Assembly (NCBI GenBank): GCA_037442925.1
Contig: JBBIPG010000044.1
Location: forward strand, 1 to 19,484
DNA from: Candidatus Fraserbacteria bacterium
GTDB lineage: Bacteria; Bipolaricaulota; Bipolaricaulia; RBG-16-55-9
DNA length: 19,484 nt
Direction: 5' to 3'
In this document: in pieces, positions 8,675-16,710 of the stretch
Layout: each line of letters begins with the position of its first letter
How positions within the stretch are numbered: the first letter of the stretch is position 1
Notes under the pieces: generated by a model
Database searches by the model: none
What the model was told of the DNA's origin: nothing
What the model saw: the letters and a program-made list of their open reading frames with translations, nothing else
Translations under genes and position numbers: made by a program

Positions 8675-8810
8675 CAATAATATTGACAACTAAGCACATC
8701 GCACCCCTGGACCCAGCATCAAATTACAATTCCTCCAATGAACGCGCGCGAAAGTACGCCTGCGGATCCCGACATAGCTAAGCCTCAACTCATCATATAA
8801 AATAGCGCTG

Positions 8811-9452
8811 ATGAGCGTCCTCAAGTATGGAATCATTTCCTTAGTAGTTCTGGTGGGACTCGCAATTCTGAGTTTGGTCACGTTCTCGTATTTCTTCCTC
8901 ACAGCCGGCCAGCGCGTTCCCGCCATCAAGGAAGTCGTCACAAGCGACCTCATCGCACGAACCAGCCGCGGAGCCTTCCTCGATAAGCAAGCGCAAGTAG
9001 AAGCCGACACCTCGGCCCCCCAATTGGGGTATTTGGCCCCCGATTTTGAACTCAGCGATTTTGAAGGACAGATGGTTCGACTGAGTGGGTTGCTGGGGAA
9101 GCCCGTTCTTCTAAACTTCTGGGCGACCTGGTGCCCTCCTTGTCGCAAAGAGATGCCCGATCTTGAGCGCTTCCACGAACAATATGGCGACAAGATCGTT
9201 GTGCTCGGAATCAACTGGAACGATGAAGAGCAAGCTGCAGCTGAGTTTCTGAAGAGTTACGGCGTCACATACCAGAACATGATCGACCGAGATGGGAAAG
9301 TCTTTGTAAGCTATCGCCTTACGGCTATTCCCACTTCGTTCTGGATTGACGAAGCCGGGGTGATCCGTGGCTACTGGCTGGGGCCCATGTCCACCGAGAC
9401 GATGGTGCAGGGCTTCCAGAAGACCACTCACGCCTTGGAAGGAGAACGGTGA
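8811..9452 (+). CDS. resA: Membrane-anchored TlpA/ResA-family thiol-disulfide oxidoreductase
   Basis: N-terminal TM helix; APDFEL...GKPVLLNFWATWCPPCRKEMP...IPTSFWID; first gene of the ccs operon. Confidence 0.85.
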   Translation: MSVLKYGIISLVVLVGLAILSLVTFSYFFLTAGQRVPAIKEVVTSDLIARTSRGAFLDKQAQVEADTSAPQLGYLAPDFELSDFEGQMVRLSGLLGKPVLLNFWATWCPPCRKEMPDLERFHEQYGDKIVVLGINWNDEEQAAAEFLKSYGVTYQNMIDRDGKVFVSYRLTAIPTSFWIDEAGVIRGYWLGPMSTETMVQGFQKTTHALEGER

Positions 9453-11101
9453 AAGCCTTCGCTCGAGATGTGAGTATATTCTTCTCTTCCCCTTGGGTGG
9501 TCGGCGCGCTCTTGGCCCTCGCGCTGGTGGGTTTGATCCTCTCCCTCTCTCAGCCTCACATCTTACCCCCCACGATCTTCTTCGCCGGTGTCTGGTATAC
9601 CCGTCTCTTGTGGCTGCTTCTCGTGTTCAGCTTGGGACTGCTCTTGGCGAAGGGACTTCGCACGACAGCCCGGCTCATCGCGCAGCGAGGTCTGGGATGG
9701 ACAGTCCATCACTTTCTCACCTCGATCCGTCTGGCGATTGTGCTCATTGCCCTGCTCGTGCTGATCGGACTGATCAGCACCATCGTGCCACAGCTCGCAT
9801 TCAATCGTGAGATCGATCTTCTGACCCGCTATGGACCTGAGAATTATTCCTGGCTGCGTTCTTGGGGCTTCTTCACGATCTTCAGCACAGGGTATGTGTA
9901 TGGCATCATTGCGCTCTTTGTACTGAATCTCTTTGCGTGTACTCTCAAGCGCCTAAGGGCTTCACTGCAATACGTCCGCTTGCCGATGCGCGCCAAGCAA
10001 CCAGAAGCGTTCGCTCACATGCCCTGCTATCGTGAGTTTTCGTTTGAGCCTGCTCGTTCCACATCCCTATGGGAACATGTGCGCCACACTCTACAGTCAC
10101 GGGGATTCCGAGTTCGCGAGGAAGGAGGAGAGCTGCTGGCCGAGCGGTGGCGCTGGGAACGGTTTTCGATTGATGTCTTTCACGTGAGTTTATTGGTAGC
10201 CATTGGAGCACTTGTGATGACCAACACGCTGGGATACGATTATCTGCAAATCAACTATAAGGGCGATGTCTTCTCCGTGCGAGACAGGAATTTTCAAGTG
10301 CGCGTGGATGACTTCTGGAGCGAGAACTATCCTGGCACCGATCGGGTGATGGATTGGAAGACAAAGCTCACGGTGATCGAGAACGGGCGCGAAGTGAAGT
10401 CTGGCATCACGGAAGTGAATCATCCTTTCACATATCGTGGAGTGAGCATCTATCAGGCGGCCATGGGCGAGGATTGGCTAAGCGGGGCTCGCGTCACTGT
10501 TCGCGTGCAGAAAGACGATGGAACAGACTTGGGTGAGTACTCGGCCCAAGTGAACGAATACTTTGTGCTTCCTGAGGAAGGAATTGCCGTCAAAGTGGGT
10601 GCATTCTTGCCTGACTTTGCGCTGGCCAACGGCGTGGCCTACAGCAAGACTCAACGATTGCTCAACCCGGCGGCTTATCTTGAGGTCTACGATGAGAAGA
10701 CCGGTGCACAGCTCTTCCGCACCTGGACCTTCTCACAGCTGCCGGAGGTGCAGCTCGTGGTGGAGAATCCCTATCGATTTTATCTTATGGGCATGGTAGC
10801 ACCACAGTTTACGGGTTTAGAATTCAGTTGGGATCCGGGATTGCCTGTGGCGTATGTTGCCTTCGCCCTGATGATCATGATGCTCATTGTGAATCTCTAC
10901 TTCAAGCACCAGATGATTTGGCTTCACATGGACGAAGAGGCAGGAATTTTGCGTTTGGGCGGCCGTAGCCGCAAGGGGGACTTCGGCCCCACATTTGAGT
11001 CGCTGATTGAGAAGATTCACGAGAGGGGTCTAATACAACAAATGTCACAGCCCCGACCAGAGCTTGTCTCTGTAGGGGAAAGGGAGGAACACCACACATG
11101 A
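9449..11101 (+). CDS. resB: Cytochrome c biogenesis protein ResB/CcsB (System II)
   Basis: FLTSIRLAIVLI...ISTIVPQ, LNLFACT, VFHVSLL (TM His), EVNHPFTYRGVSIYQ and TGLEFSWDPG; GTGA overlap with resA. Confidence 0.88.
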   Translation: MKAFARDVSIFFSSPWVVGALLALALVGLILSLSQPHILPPTIFFAGVWYTRLLWLLLVFSLGLLLAKGLRTTARLIAQRGLGWTVHHFLTSIRLAIVLIALLVLIGLISTIVPQLAFNREIDLLTRYGPENYSWLRSWGFFTIFSTGYVYGIIALFVLNLFACTLKRLRASLQYVRLPMRAKQPEAFAHMPCYREFSFEPARSTSLWEHVRHTLQSRGFRVREEGGELLAERWRWERFSIDVFHVSLLVAIGALVMTNTLGYDYLQINYKGDVFSVRDRNFQVRVDDFWSENYPGTDRVMDWKTKLTVIENGREVKSGITEVNHPFTYRGVSIYQAAMGEDWLSGARVTVRVQKDDGTDLGEYSAQVNEYFVLPEEGIAVKVGAFLPDFALANGVAYSKTQRLLNPAAYLEVYDEKTGAQLFRTWTFSQLPEVQLVVENPYRFYLMGMVAPQFTGLEFSWDPGLPVAYVAFALMIMMLIVNLYFKHQMIWLHMDEEAGILRLGGRSRKGDFGPTFESLIEKIHERGLIQQMSQPRPELVSVGEREEHHT

Positions 11102-12000
11102 TCGACAGTACGTTCTTTTTCTTCTTGAGCACACCGGGATATTTTCTGGCTCTGCTCTTCTACCTCTTTGGTGCCGTCTTTACTCGACCCTCTAAGAAGC
11201 ATACGGCCGAGCAGACCTTGGGCATCACCGCCACGCTGGTTCGTCAGCGCACGGAGATCGGCTGGGAACAGATGGCGCTTTGGATCACTCGTCTCAGTGT
11301 GCTTCTGGCCACGGTCGGCGTTATCTGGCGCACCATCGAGCTGGGGACCGCGTCAAACTGGGCGCTTTCCGTCTTCTTGCCTGTGACATCTACCTACGAA
11401 ACGCTCACATTCATGGCGTGGCTCATTCCGCTAGTCTATTCAATTCTAGAACGACACTACCGTTTTCCGGGTGTGGGGGCGATCATCACGGGCATAGCGT
11501 TTGCGATGCTGGTAGTCGCTGCCTCGCCTGCCATTGCGCCTCGTCAGGTGGCACCGGTAGTGCCTTCGCTTCAGAGTTACTGGCTGGTCATCCACGTTCT
11601 CTTCCTGATCGTGGGCATCTCACTCTTCACAGTGGGATTTGGAGCCGCTCTGCTCCTGCTCTGGAGACGGTATCGAGGCACGGAGCCAGCCATGCTGCAG
11701 AAGCTCGAAGAGCTAAGCTACAAAGCGAACGCTTTGGGTTTCCCCTTCTACGGCATTGGAGGAGTGATCTTTGGCGGCATCTGGGCCAAACAAGCGTGGG
11801 GAGCCTACTGGGAGTGGGATCCTAAGGAGACGGCCATGCTCATCGCCTGGTTGGCGTATGCGGTCTATCTGCATGCGCGAATGCGCTGGGGTTGGCGGGA
11901 TGTGAGGGTCGTGTGGCTCTCGGTGGCTGCGTATCTCGTCGTGCTCTACACCTGGATTGGGATCAACTACTTCGTGGCCAGTCTGCACAGTTTCACATAA
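11098..12000 (+). CDS. ccsA: Cytochrome c biogenesis protein CcsA/ResC (System II heme channel and synthase)
   Basis: PSLQSYWLVIHV, WWD motif GGIWAKQAWGAYWEWDPKE, YLHAR and terminal LHSF; ATGA overlap with resB. Confidence 0.93.
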   Translation: MIDSTFFFFLSTPGYFLALLFYLFGAVFTRPSKKHTAEQTLGITATLVRQRTEIGWEQMALWITRLSVLLATVGVIWRTIELGTASNWALSVFLPVTSTYETLTFMAWLIPLVYSILERHYRFPGVGAIITGIAFAMLVVAASPAIAPRQVAPVVPSLQSYWLVIHVLFLIVGISLFTVGFGAALLLLWRRYRGTEPAMLQKLEELSYKANALGFPFYGIGGVIFGGIWAKQAWGAYWEWDPKETAMLIAWLAYAVYLHARMRWGWRDVRVVWLSVAAYLVVLYTWIGINYFVASLHSFT

Positions 12001-12021
12001 AATCAGTACTCGCGAAAGGAT

Positions 12022-12050
12022 AAGGGCGGTCGCTTGTGGCGGCCGCCCTT
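12022..12050. terminator. GC-rich hairpin between convergent ccsA and cca; probable terminator, possibly bidirectional
   Basis: AAGGGCGGTCGC-TTGTG-GCGGCCGCCCTT, a 12-bp stem. U-tracts are weak (minus-strand tail TTATCCTTT). Confidence 0.6.
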
Positions 12051-12057
12051 GGAGGTG

Positions 12058-12200
12058 AGAGGGTTAGTAGCCACTTGGCTCAGTGAACCTACCGACTATT
12101 TGGGAAAACCCTAGCAGCCGTGAGGGCCTCTTTCCCTCAACGTAGGCTCACCTTGCTTGAGCCAAGCCCAAGGAGGTGATACCGAGGCCACTATAGCTCT
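12058..12200 (-). ncRNA. Candidate structured small RNA or 3'-UTR element with an exposed anti-Shine-Dalgarno bulge
   Basis: Nested stems 12065-72/12186-93, 12073-82/12158-67 and 12083-92/12142-51, plus hairpins 12093-12120 and 12121-12139. Four mismatches are A.C on + and therefore G.U on -. The unpaired bulge reads GUAUCACCUCCUU on -. Confidence 0.55.
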
Positions 12201-12227
12201 TAAGGATCTTTGAATCTGTGATTTGAC

Positions 12228-13694
12228 TTACCTTCGTTTGTCCCGTCGAGCGGAGATGAGACGCTGCGCTTCTGCCAGGGCCGCTCGGCGGCTGCGGATC
12301 TCTCCGGCATAGATCCTCTCATGAAGCTCTTCCAGTAGCTGCCCGATTTCAGGACCCTTCGGCACTCCCAGCTTGAGAAGATCATGTCCATTGATGAGCG
12401 CGCGTGCTTGCGAGAGCTGTTCCAGTTCTTGCAAGTGAACTAACAGTTCTTCTGTAGCCTCGATTACAGGCAGCCAGCCTTTGGATTTCATGGCGCTCGC
12501 TTGACAATCGGCGATCATGAGTTGAATGAGCTTGGCAAAGTAGGGGAAACGTGCGGGAAAGTCAGCGATATTCTGTGATGGATCTTCGCCTTGGCGTATG
12601 AATTTCACCTGCTTGCCTCGCCCCATCTCCGGGAAATGTCCGATTCGTTGATGCTCTTTCACTAAGAATTCGACGAGCTTCACTTCGTCGTTGCTCAGGC
12701 GCAGTCTACGGCAGATCTCGCGGGTCATCTCTGCGCCGATGGCATCATGGCCTGCTGCATTCTCCCCACGGTTGATCTCCAATGCTCGGCCTTTCCCGAT
12801 GTCATGCAGAAGCAGGGCCAACTTTACCAGCGGGTCCCCAATGAAGCGATCTGCGACTCGTAGAGCCATGAGCGTATGGGTGTATACGTCCCCTTCTGGA
12901 TGGTATTTCTCCGGCTGGGGGACGCCCTTGCAAGCCACCAGCTCCGGCACAATGAGATCGAGCAACGCGTGTTCGTCGAGAAGTTGAATCCCTCGGGCTG
13001 AGCGGCGTGTGCGCAGTAACGCCAACAGCTCGTCGCGAACGCGCTCGGCAGAGATGAGCAACAAACCTTCATGGTGAACGCGAATGGCGGCGCTCGTCTC
13101 AGGAGCAAGTTCCGCATCCAAAGAACAGGCAAAGCGTATGGCTCTGAGCAGTCGCAGGTAATCTTCCCGGAAGCGCTCATCGGGGTTTCCGATGGTCTGG
13201 ATGATCTTGCGCGTAAGATCGCGTACGCCTCCGACGAGGTCTATCACTTGCCCATCGGCGCGTGCCGCAAGCCCGTTGACTGTAAAATCTCGACGTTGCA
13301 CATCGTGCTTGAGATCTCTTACTAGCTCTACGCGGGCGGGCCAGCGACCGTCGTATTCGCCTTCGGTCCGAAACGTTGCGACTTCGTACTCTTCTCCTTG
13401 TGGGCTGATGATCTTGAGGACGCCGAAGGCCGCTCCCACTTCGATGAGGCGGTGCCCTTGGAAAATCCTTCGGATCTCGTCAGGCATCGCGGAGGTGGCA
13501 ATGTCAATCTCTTCTGGTTCGAAGTGCTCGTGTTTCTCCATCTGGGTGCGCACAGCGTCGCGAACGGTGCCCCCGATCAAGACGGCCTCATGACCTGCTT
13601 GAGCGAGTCTTTCGAGAATCTCTCGCGCGAAGGGGTGCTGCTCGAAGATCTTTTCTGTGTCAATCCAAAGCTTGCTTGAGGCGTTGCGTCTCAT
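12228..13694 (-). CDS. cca: Class II tRNA nucleotidyltransferase (CCA-adding enzyme) with HD domain
   Basis: IGGTVRD, EIDIAT, EVATFRTE, RRDFTVN, RFREDYLRLLRAIRF, SAERVRDE; HD domain HPEGDVYTH...LLHDIGK. Start at ATG 13694, coupled (ATGA) to the upstream stop. Confidence 0.9.
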   Translation of the reverse strand: MRRNASSKLWIDTEKIFEQHPFAREILERLAQAGHEAVLIGGTVRDAVRTQMEKHEHFEPEEIDIATSAMPDEIRRIFQGHRLIEVGAAFGVLKIISPQGEEYEVATFRTEGEYDGRWPARVELVRDLKHDVQRRDFTVNGLAARADGQVIDLVGGVRDLTRKIIQTIGNPDERFREDYLRLLRAIRFACSLDAELAPETSAAIRVHHEGLLLISAERVRDELLALLRTRRSARGIQLLDEHALLDLIVPELVACKGVPQPEKYHPEGDVYTHTLMALRVADRFIGDPLVKLALLLHDIGKGRALEINRGENAAGHDAIGAEMTREICRRLRLSNDEVKLVEFLVKEHQRIGHFPEMGRGKQVKFIRQGEDPSQNIADFPARFPYFAKLIQLMIADCQASAMKSKGWLPVIEATEELLVHLQELEQLSQARALINGHDLLKLGVPKGPEIGQLLEELHERIYAGEIRSRRAALAEAQRLISARRDKRR

Positions 13695-14494
13695 GCCAGG
13701 CGAAGCGTGACACGCTCTCCCACCTGCAACCCAAGTTTCTCCTGGGCATTGCCTTCTCGCACAGCGATCTCTAAGAGATCGTGGCTGTCGAAGACCAGGC
13801 AAAGCTCGTGGTGATGAGCGAATCCGTAGCTTTGCCGTAGGCGCACGGGTATTTCTTTCGTGTGCCTTCGTAGGAGCAGCTCTTGATCGAAACTCATATG
13901 CTCCTGAACGAGTTTGGCTGGAATGTTCGTGATCGTATTGCCAAAGCGATCAATGTAGATCACTTGTCCTTGGAGCTCTCGACTCTCTTTGAGGAAGCGG
14001 CCTCCTTGGAAATCGTAGTCGGGACGCGTCCAGTCCGTGATGGGAAATCCGAGCTTCTCCAGAGGCACACCGTTGGCCAGATGAGCGGCCACCGGCGCAA
14101 ACACGTCACGTCCATGAAATGTGGAGGCGATGGCGCTACGGACATAGGGGGAGTTCGTGATCTCATACGCAGAGGGTATCCCCAGGCTATGGGCCGCTGC
14201 ACTGAGTAGCCCATTATCCGGTCCGACAAAGTACTGTTCGCCTGCGGTCAAGATGAGCCCGCGGCGCTGGGTGCCCACTCCCGGATCAACGACAGCACAA
14301 TGGACCGTTCCTGCCGGATAGTAGCGAGCCGTGCACCAGAGTACGAAGGCACCTTGCCGGATGTCGTGCGCTTGGATCTCGTGGGTGATGTCGATCAACT
14401 GCGCTTCGCTGATGCCGGCTGCCACGGCCCGCACGACGGCGGGATAGGGACTATTCGACCCAAAATCCGAGAGAAACGTCAGTATGCGCCTCAT
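13691..14494 (-). CDS. SAM hydroxide adenosyltransferase / SAM-dependent chlorinase-fluorinase family (DUF62)
   Basis: TFLSDFG, DITHEI, VVDPGVGT, FVGPDNG, STFHGRDVFAP, YIDRFGNTITN and LEIAV motifs. Confidence 0.93.
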   Translation of the reverse strand: MRRILTFLSDFGSNSPYPAVVRAVAAGISEAQLIDITHEIQAHDIRQGAFVLWCTARYYPAGTVHCAVVDPGVGTQRRGLILTAGEQYFVGPDNGLLSAAAHSLGIPSAYEITNSPYVRSAIASTFHGRDVFAPVAAHLANGVPLEKLGFPITDWTRPDYDFQGGRFLKESRELQGQVIYIDRFGNTITNIPAKLVQEHMSFDQELLLRRHTKEIPVRLRQSYGFAHHHELCLVFDSHDLLEIAVREGNAQEKLGLQVGERVTLRLA

Positions 14495-14518
14495 GTTCTA
14501 TCCATCCCCTCCAGTAAG

Positions 14519-14548
14519 ATTATAGGAACCATGGACCCCACTCTCCAA
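14519..14548 (-). promoter_or_regulatory. Putative sigma70 promoter of the DUF62-cca operon
   Basis: Minus strand TTGGAG-18 nt-TATAAT, then GGAGGGG upstream of ATG 14494. Confidence 0.55.
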
Positions 14549-14591
14549 CTCCCCCCGATACAAGAAGCTCAGTCCCGCGGGTAACGGCAAG

Positions 14592-14621
14592 TTGCTTGCG
14601 TCTTCCAGCTCCCTCTATAAT
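14592..14621 (+). promoter_or_regulatory. Putative sigma70 promoter of frr, divergent from the DUF62-cca promoter
   Basis: TTGCTT-18 nt-TATAAT; GAGGTGA SD just before ATG 14646. Confidence 0.55.
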
Positions 14622-14645
14622 CTGGATCAGCCAGAGGTGATCATT

Positions 14646-15203
14646 ATGCACGATAAGAACCTGCAAGAGATGCGTCAGCACATGGAGAAATCTCTCAAAG
14701 TCTTGGAAGATGAGCTCAAGAAACTACGCAGCGGCCGGGCCAATCCCGCCATGATCGAGGACGTGCATGTGGAGTACTATGATACCAAAGTGCCTCTCAA
14801 GCACATTGCAAACATCACCGCTCCCGATGCGGGTTTACTTCTCATACGCCCCTTTGATAAGTCCCAGATCGGCACGATTGAAAAGGCCATCCTCGAGGCC
14901 AATTTGGGGTTCAATCCCACCAAAGACAGCGAAATGATTCGCATCGCTGTGCCCAAGCCCTCTGAAGAACGCCGTAAGGAGCTCATCAAGATCATCCATC
15001 AAAAGGCCGAGGAGACGCGGGTCTCTGTCCGCAATATCCGACGGCACCTTAAAGAACTATTCGAGAAACAGAAGGCGGACGGAACCCTCAGCGAGGATGA
15101 CTACCACCGCGCCGTCAAAGAGATGGATAACATCACGCATGAATACACCGCGAAGATCGATCACTTGATGGCAGAGAAGGAGAAGCAGGTCACGACGCTC
15201 TAA
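14646..15203 (+). CDS. frr: Ribosome recycling factor
   Basis: 185 aa; LRSGRANP, V.YY...PL..IANI, IEKAILEANLGFNP, P.PSEERRKEL, RVSVRNIRR. Start taken at ATG 14646 behind the SD. Confidence 0.95.
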   Translation: MHDKNLQEMRQHMEKSLKVLEDELKKLRSGRANPAMIEDVHVEYYDTKVPLKHIANITAPDAGLLLIRPFDKSQIGTIEKAILEANLGFNPTKDSEMIRIAVPKPSEERRKELIKIIHQKAEETRVSVRNIRRHLKELFEKQKADGTLSEDDYHRAVKEMDNITHEYTAKIDHLMAEKEKQVTTL

Positions 15204-15209
15204 GTTCTT

Positions 15210-15887
15210 CTAGATGTACTCCGGATTGGCCGTCAGCCAATAGATAGTGCGCGCGCCTATATTTACGGTGTGATCGGCCACCCGCTCCAAATCCCGAATC
15301 GACCAGAGCACTGTAATCGTGTTGCCCGCGATCCTTTTCGCCTGTTCCGAGGTATGTGCATGCTTGGCCCTTTGGATGATCTGGGTGAGCATTTCCGTGC
15401 GTAGATCCCAGCACCGCTGATCCATCACACGGTCTCGCGCAATGGCCTGTTTTGCGCGCGCCACATCTTTCGTTCGAAAGGCTTCTAGACTGTCGCTGAG
15501 CATCCCTGAAGCGATCTCTCCCAACTGAAGAAGTTCTTCTTTTGGGACCAGAACGAATGCCTCTGAAACCAGAGAGTATTCTCCCACATTCACGGCGAGA
15601 TCGGCCACTCTTTCTAAGTCCGTCACGATCTTAAAGGCACTGATGATGAGTCGTAGATCCACGGCTACCGGCTGCTGAAGCGCCAAGAGGTCTGTGCACG
15701 TCTTCTCGATCTCTAGGGCCGACTGATCAACGGTCTCATCCCATTCATCTAAGCTCTCCGCCAGCGTTCGATCGTGTTCCCGCAGTGCCCGTAGCCCCAT
15801 CTTCAGGCCTTCCATAACTCGCTGGCCCATGTCGTAGACGCTTTCGATCAAGCCATCCAGCTGCTGTCTGTAGCTTTCGCGCACCAT
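15210..15887 (-). CDS. phoU: Phosphate transport system regulatory protein PhoU
   Basis: LLALQQPVAVDLRLI...DLERVADLAVN and a second DLERVADHTVNI repeat; follows pstB. Confidence 0.95.
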   Translation of the reverse strand: MVRESYRQQLDGLIESVYDMGQRVMEGLKMGLRALREHDRTLAESLDEWDETVDQSALEIEKTCTDLLALQQPVAVDLRLIISAFKIVTDLERVADLAVNVGEYSLVSEAFVLVPKEELLQLGEIASGMLSDSLEAFRTKDVARAKQAIARDRVMDQRCWDLRTEMLTQIIQRAKHAHTSEQAKRIAGNTITVLWSIRDLERVADHTVNIGARTIYWLTANPEYI

Positions 15888-15899
15888 AAGTTCCCTATG

Positions 15900-16709
15900 T
15901 TACCCGAATTTCCCGGTGATGTAATCTTCCGTCTCTTTGCGGCTGGGGTTCTCAAAGATTTGAGCTGTAGGTCCAAACTCGATGAGCCTTCCCAAGTAGA
16001 AGAACGCTGTGAAGTCGGATACGCGTGCGGCTTGCTGCATGTTATGTGTCACAATGACCACCGTATAGTCACGCTTGAGCTCATGGATGAGATCTTCAAT
16101 CTTGGCAGTGGCAATGGGGTCCAGTGCAGAACAAGGCTCATCCATCAGAAGAACTTCTGGCTCGACAGCCAGCGCTCGGGCAATACACAACCTCTGCTGT
16201 TGTCCGCCGGAGAGGTCCAGCCCGGTCTTCTTGCGTAGATCATCCTTCACTTCCTCCCAGAGGGCCGCCCGGCGCAAGGCCTGCTCGACTCGCTCGCTGA
16301 TTCTCGTGTGATAGCCGTTGACGCGCAGTCCGAAGGCCAAATTCTCGTAGATCGATTTCGGGAAGGGATTCGGCTTCTGGAAGACCATCCCGATCCGGCG
16401 GCGCACTTCCACAGGATCCACTCGGCGATCATAAACATCTTGTCCGTGAAAGAGCACCTGACCGGAGATCCGCACCGCAGGGATGAGATCGTTCATGCGG
16501 TTAAGACTGCGGATGAACGTGCTCTTGCCGCAGCCGCTCGGACCAATGATCGCGGTCACTTTGTGCTCAGGGATCTCCAGCGAGATGCGGTCGAGGGCAC
16601 GCTGCTTGCCATACCAGAGGCTGAGTTCTCGCGCTTCCAGAATCGAACTGTCTGCCTGAGTCGTCGCGGGGGAAGGCACTGCGCGCATCTCCTCTTGATT
16701 TGCGACCAT
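15900..16709 (-). CDS. pstB: Phosphate ABC transporter ATP-binding protein
   Basis: [47 protein letters not shown] and terminal YITGKFG. Confidence 0.97.
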   Translation of the reverse strand: MVANQEEMRAVPSPATTQADSSILEARELSLWYGKQRALDRISLEIPEHKVTAIIGPSGCGKSTFIRSLNRMNDLIPAVRISGQVLFHGQDVYDRRVDPVEVRRRIGMVFQKPNPFPKSIYENLAFGLRVNGYHTRISERVEQALRRAALWEEVKDDLRKKTGLDLSGGQQQRLCIARALAVEPEVLLMDEPCSALDPIATAKIEDLIHELKRDYTVVIVTHNMQQAARVSDFTAFFYLGRLIEFGPTAQIFENPSRKETEDYITGKFG

Positions 16710-16710
16710 G

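Noticed and set aside
8675..8688. Palindrome CAATA-A-TATTG overlapping TTGACA, as an operator or promoter
   Set aside because: No -10 box at 16-18 nt, and the palindrome is too short to support a call.
12051..12200. Type I toxin or small peptide on the + strand behind two GGAGGTGA SD-like motifs
   Set aside because: Neither motif is followed by a start codon at usable spacing, and the G.U bias favours a minus-strand RNA.
12050..12200. tRNA, tmRNA, SRP or RNase P RNA (the minus strand has ...CACCTCCA)
   Set aside because: No cloverleaf, TTCGA T-loop or conserved SRP/RNase P motifs are visible.
13691..14494. True fluorinase/chlorinase or a halometabolite cluster
   Set aside because: Housekeeping context, DUF62-type HGRD motif and no biosynthetic genes nearby.
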